A program made the position numbers and the translations under genes. From Amoebophrya sp. A120 (Eukaryota; Protista; Dinoflagellata), in assembly GCA_905178155.1 (NCBI GenBank), contig CAJINV010000009.1:2085373-2149372 (forward strand): a stretch of DNA of 64,000 bases. The letters are read 5' to 3'. Position 1 is the first letter of the stretch. The number at the start of each line of letters is the position of its first letter. Shown here in pieces: positions 58,924 through 64,000 of this stretch. The notes below the pieces were generated by a model. It was not told where the DNA came from and did no database searches. It saw only the letters and a program-made list of their open reading frames with translations.

Positions 58924-60328
58924 TGTGAGATCACGTCGTGAGACAGAGACAGATTAAGAACATAGAGGAACTTCTACTCGAGATTTGTTCAGTTTGTTTT
59001 ATGTTTGTAAGGAAAAGCGCACGAAGTATCGTTCCTGGAAAATCCAAAAACAAAATTACTGCGATCTTCTATTGCTGCCGTGGTAGCATAGATGAGTGTG
59101 AGTGTCGCGAGGACGTAAGTACAGCTCTCAATCGTGGTAGCACTTACTACATGTTGTGATCGATCTCAATGGAGGTATATAACTCAGATGAGTGGGCCTG
59201 GAGGGTAGATAACACCGATGCATTCCTTTCAACATCCTCTCCGTCTTACTTCTCATTTGTGACACCACGAGAGATCTATGGCATTTCTTGCAGTAATACG
59301 CTCGAGCTCGCTCCTCGACAAAAGACAAAGAGAGCCATCCAAATGGCTCTCCGTACCCATCTCAACCACCATGTGCAAGAGAGAACAATTATGCATGAAA
59401 ATCGCACCACGTCGACACTAGACGAGCCAGCTAGTACCTTTAATTTTCGCTTGCGTCAGTGTCAGATTTTTCGCTTTCGAAAGCAAGTTGCAGGCCAAGT
59501 TCTTTTCGTTGAATCTGCACGAGTGTTAGTGTATACAAATGGGCTCAGCTACAATTCGTGCAGTTTTCATCTGATCTCAAGTTGCTTTTTTGTTTTGGTA
59601 GGTTCAAGAAACGCGGACGATGCTGAATCGAATCGGGATGCGAATCGCTTCACAGTCCTCGGTAGTATAGTCTACTAAACGCTCGTTTGTTCCTTCTGCC
59701 GCTATCCGTTTCTTTCCGTCTGATCTGCAACCTGCTTGCAATGCCTGCTTTTGTGTTCCTTCTGCCGGATAGATTTTTTCACTGACTCTCCTACAACAGG
59801 AGAAGGTAATATCCTCGTCTGATGCGCAATAAAGAATGACATAATCATCTCATCTGGAGGTGCCTCCGAAGCATCTCTAACTGAAACTGATCTATAGAAT
59901 TAGAAGTTTGATTAATATTGATTTTGATTGTTCATATATACTCAAGTGTTCATTTCAACGAAACCATTTATAGAAGCCTGTTATTATCTGCTGAGAATTT
60001 TACATCGTGAAGCGTTTCGCACTCCAACTCGGTGGTCATTTTTTTTCGGTGTCTGACTATCTGAAACTAAACTCTAATATCTTCAGCATGCTGTATGCTC
60101 TTTGTCTGATCTGCAGCTGAAACGGCACGACATCACGACATGTCGAATATTTTCAAACTTCTAAGGAGGCAAACTAGAAAAGTAAAAGCTCTAACTTGGT
60201 GACGAAAGTCTGAATTATCTGATGGCACAAAGATGAGCAAAAGGATTAAGTCGTGGCTCATTTTTAGCACCTCGGCAGTACTATCTGTGGTCCTCGCTTG
60301 CCTACGACTACGTCTTGAAGTTAAATAC

Positions 60329-62224
60329 CTAGATGTAATCCTTGCTCTTGTCGGCGGTGGGCCGGGGCGCGGCACGCAGGTACTCCTGCATGTTCATGGT
60401 CGGCTTGATGTTCTTGAAGCGACTCAGCACCCACTCAGAACGCGAGTCCTTCTCAACCGCCGCACGCCTGGCGTTGAGTGCGCCGGTTGCGTGCCCCAGA
60501 GACGCCCTGTTAGTTTGAAGTAGATAGTTGAAGGTAAACATATTTTCTGGTTTTCCTATGCTTCTGGTTTTGATTGGGACGGTTGTGAAAGAACAGATCG
60601 AAGTTCATTGATCAACTTCTGCATTCGACTAAGTTCATCTCAAACAGCTCGACAGCGAAAGCGCTCTCTAGTATGTACTTGGTCGGCCCCGAGTGCTTGA
60701 CAGATGCAGCATCCCTTTTGGCCTGCTGGTACTCGTCAAACTTTTGTCTGCTCTCCCGGGCACCAATTTTCGCGAATTCCATTCCGAGGACCTAAATTTT
60801 TTGCAAAACAGAAGCGATTTTTTATCTCGCAAAGCACGAAGCGATAGAGTATCAAACTACTCAGCGTAGAAATTAATCAGTGGCGTTTGTCACAAGAAAA
60901 GAAAAATTCAAAGACCAAGGCACTAGACCGGCACTAGCTTCGCTGGTAAAACGATTACCATCTCCATGGGCGTTGGTGGTCTCTCGGTTTTTCGCTTTCC
61001 ATGCGTTATGCTGCCGTCCTGCGGAACTGATTTACTTCTGTACGCAGCGGCAGATGCTGATATCATGGTCGTTGGTGTCATTTATATTTTCTTGTTCTAG
61101 TTCTACTCTGCAATGCAGCACGCAGCATAGAAGTCGGATGAAGAAAAACAAAAAGAACAATGTCATGACCACATAATAAATTTGGTTTCAATATACAAAT
61201 ATTGGGGCTTGGCACAAGTAAAATGCTCAATCTCATTATAGTACAGAGTGTCGTGTACCCTTGCTGGCGATGATTTCGGCCTTGGTGTAGGACGTTTTGT
61301 CCTTCTTTGCGTAGGTGTGGTAGAGCTTTTCCTTGTCGGTTTGTGGCATCACCGTGATTTTTCGCTGGTCGAGCTTCCACTTCATGATTTTCTGTGCCCT
61401 TCTGTCCAGATCATCCTTAGCCAGGTCCAAGTCGGAAAACGTGTTGGCTTTTTCATCTGAGCAAAGTGTGGTTTATTTCTATTTTCATCACATAGACATA
61501 CACAGGTGTTGGACAGCCGCAATTTTGACTCATTAAAAATTGCGAAGGGGACCAACAAAGATGCAAAATAACAGCAAGCCCGGGGGACACAAAGAAAGCT
61601 CTTTTGCTTACCCTCCTCATCCGCCTCTCCTATGAGCTTCTTGAGTTTTGGTACGGATGGGTGTCTGACGGCCTTTTGCGCGGCGGTGAATCGGTTCCAC
61701 TTCAAGTAATTTACTCGATTGTCGTTGTCTTGGATGGAGGGTTGCTGTTTTTTTATTTTTTGGAAATTCAGATTTCCAGAAGTCAGTGTCAGGCTGGTGC
61801 ACAAGAAACGAAGAAATGTCGCATGTCGTCAACATCATGCTCACCGAATCAAAATTTTTGAACCCAGCCCAATCCATACCTACCACTAACTTGATGCTGC
61901 TGTTGACAACAGCCTGTGGCTGTTGTAGAAGTACTGTTGTAAACTACAAGACGAGAAAAGGGCAAGGGGCTAGAATAGAATTTCAATTTCCTTTTTTTCC
62001 AGGAAGCATAAAAATTTCAGTATCAGTACGTGCGGCTTCCAAACGTTGACAATTTCCTTTGCTCCCTCCTGATCAGCTACCGGCGCGACGCCAAACGTTA
62101 TTTCCTGGGGAATGTCGTAGATGCTTGGCTTTGCCTTGCCAACGTTATCCCGCACCAGAAGTACGTTTTTACTCCTCTCTGCGACGATATCCAGATAGTT
62201 AAAATCTGGATTACCCGACGCCAT
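60329..62224 (-). CDS. CFAP77: CFAP77 (DUF4483) homologue B, about six exons
   Basis: NVLLVRDNVGKAKPSIYDIP...FG...DQEGAKEIVNVWKPH, VNYLKWN, HGKRKTERPPTP, TK|ASLGH and WVLSRFKNI. Five in-phase GT-AG introns can be drawn. Confidence 0.75.
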
Positions 62225-63675
62225 TTTCTCAACGTCCCCACTCTAGAACCAACTAGGTTATCGTCCCCTTTTGTATTGTAGTGAGAAAAAAAAAACCTGG
62301 TGGCACCAATGAGAGGTAGATGGAAAATTTGTAAACCTCAATGTTGTTGAGCGCAAAGTAGACAAAGAGCGAAGGCAATGGCAACAACTTCTTCTATGCT
62401 ACGTATTTTTTATTTATCTAGTACTAGCAACGTAAACGTTACAGAGCCATACCTGGTGCGGTTGCGATAAATGGGTTCTTTGGACCACCATTTACGAAGA
62501 TGCTGAAACGATGATACGACGTTTTTTTTGTTGCTGTCATCTACTAGACGAGTTACGAAGAAGATGAGTCATCACGTCTCGCAGCTTCTCTCATAGAGAC
62601 GTACTTCTGCAGCGTTCAATTAACGTGGTGCGGTGGATGCATCTCTTTCTCTTTGTTTAATTCACGGCCCGAGCAATCGCACGGCGAGGTACAGATCGAT
62701 GCGAGCGAAATCAACATCGGCCGAATGTCAGTGCTCTCTGGTGCACTCAGATTGCTAGTAGAGCTCACGATGATGACGTAGTCGTGTTACGTGTATTTGT
62801 TGCGAAGTCACCGACAATCACAATAACGATCAAGCGAGATACTAAGTTGCTTGATCTGCAGCTACGACACGGCTCAGCGCTGACAACACGATATTTTTTT
62901 TCTCAGAATAGGACGGCATCAGCCCGTGGTCTACTCGTCCTGGCTACGTCTCTCACTACAGGTATACACCAGCTCTTCATTCTTTTCTCAATTTCATCTT
63001 CAAGCTTTCATTTCTTTATTCTCGAAAAATCACAACAAAGTTACGTCGTGTACTCCGCCAACGGGTTGCTCTGCACTCACTCTGCACAAAAATAAAGAGA
63101 AATACGTATACGTTGAAAATGAATTGCTGTGTAAATCTAAATGGCAGGTGGCGAAGATCCTCGTCCGTCGAAGTCTTTTGTACAAGTGCACGGCTTCATC
63201 ATGACATAGGCAAGGAAATCATGACTATCAGCTCTTTCTTTTTTACACATGCGAAAAACAAAAAAAAATAATGATAAAGTAAATGCGAACTAGTGGCTCC
63301 TTAGACTGGAGGTGGCGCATGAGGTAGAAGCACACCCTTGTCCTTGCTTTGTTATTTCTGTTGAAAAAATCATAGGTAAACACTTCATGCTGCGTGTCGC
63401 AAAGAAAAAGAATGGATACAGACGACAAGAAAAGCTTAGTATGCGTTTCGCTAGATTTCAGACAAATCTAGAGCTCCAAGCGGCAAACCTTCCATTTCGC
63501 TACAACGACCTACTGGTGCTAGTACTTATTTCTTTCGCGGTCACTAAGTATGGGCTTCGCTTTTGAAACATGAAAATCGACATGCAGATGAAGTGTTGGT
63601 GTATGTATAAAAGCACGACTATGGTACATCCTTGCAAAGCTGCTGATGCGAGTGCAACCATATGCATGTAGCTCA

Positions 63676-64000
63676 TTATGGCACACTGGCGCTCCGCAGG
63701 AAGTAACTCGGCTCGGTAGTCACGTTGAAAAGAGTGACGTCGAACGGCTCATCCGTTTCAGTAGTTGCTAATCCGTGAGAATCCATTGCTTGCAAATCTG
63801 GACGAGAAGCAGCTCCGCTGTCCTGCCCGTTTTCGGGGAACGAAGGCAGGACAACATCACCGATTGGAGGCGTAGTCGATCTTGCGTGGGACGCACTCCA
63901 CGAGGATTCTGCGCTGTCCAGTACCCAGCTACCCGGCGAAGCAGTTCCGTGTAGATCCAGAGCTGGTAAGGAGAACTCCGAGTCGGGCCCGTGCGGCATC
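63676..64000 (-). CDS. 3' end of a probable coding region running in from beyond the window
   Basis: Open frame to the window edge with coding-like composition; no domain recognised. Confidence 0.45.
   Translation of the reverse strand, partial: MPHGPDSEFSLPALDLHGTASPGSWVLDSAESSWSASHARSTTPPIGDVVLPSFPENGQDSGAASRPDLQAMDSHGLATTETDEPFDVTLFNVTTEPSYFLRSASVP

Noticed and set aside
701-62224. Stop-codon reassignment (reported for one Amoebophrya lineage)
   Set aside because: Conserved exons up to several kb have no internal stops, and genes end at TAA, TAG or TGA where expected. The stops inside genes are explained by introns.
1-64000. tRNA, rRNA or spliced-leader RNA genes
   Set aside because: I saw no cloverleaf, rRNA signature or full leader sequence by eye; a covariance-model scan would be needed to exclude small RNAs.

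Overview
Eukaryotic, intron-containing, gene-dense DNA. All roughly 18 credible protein-coding genes lie on the minus strand, forming one unidirectional array. They include a JMJD5/KDM8-like JmjC hydroxylase, RTEL1 helicase, a BTB protein, an FtsJ-type methyltransferase, dimethylglycine/sarcosine dehydrogenase, Rab GGTase beta, UBC6/UBE2J, a giant SDR, two CFAP77 paralogues, NSF, COX17, 2-amino-3-ketobutyrate CoA ligase and several orphans. Co-oriented genes, Ser/Thr-rich protein insertions, an alveolate-like Cox17 and hairpin introns suggest a Syndiniales/dinoflagellate parasite such as Amoebophrya (inference). Most introns I could reconstruct are GT-AG. At least two, in RTEL1 (10647-10755) and NSF (53583-53730), are transposon-like non-canonical introns: unrelated sequences that share TAT...ATA ends, terminal inverted repeats and a 5-bp target duplication. 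Removing the element plus one repeat copy restores the reading frame. A third, decayed example sits in RTEL1 (about 12902-13149). A 2.73-kb GC-rich, non-coding foldback-type DNA transposon with TIRs, mirrored subterminal arrays and a perfect target-site duplication occupies 48988-51720. Exon boundaries were deduced by hand from homology and frame, without transcript evidence.
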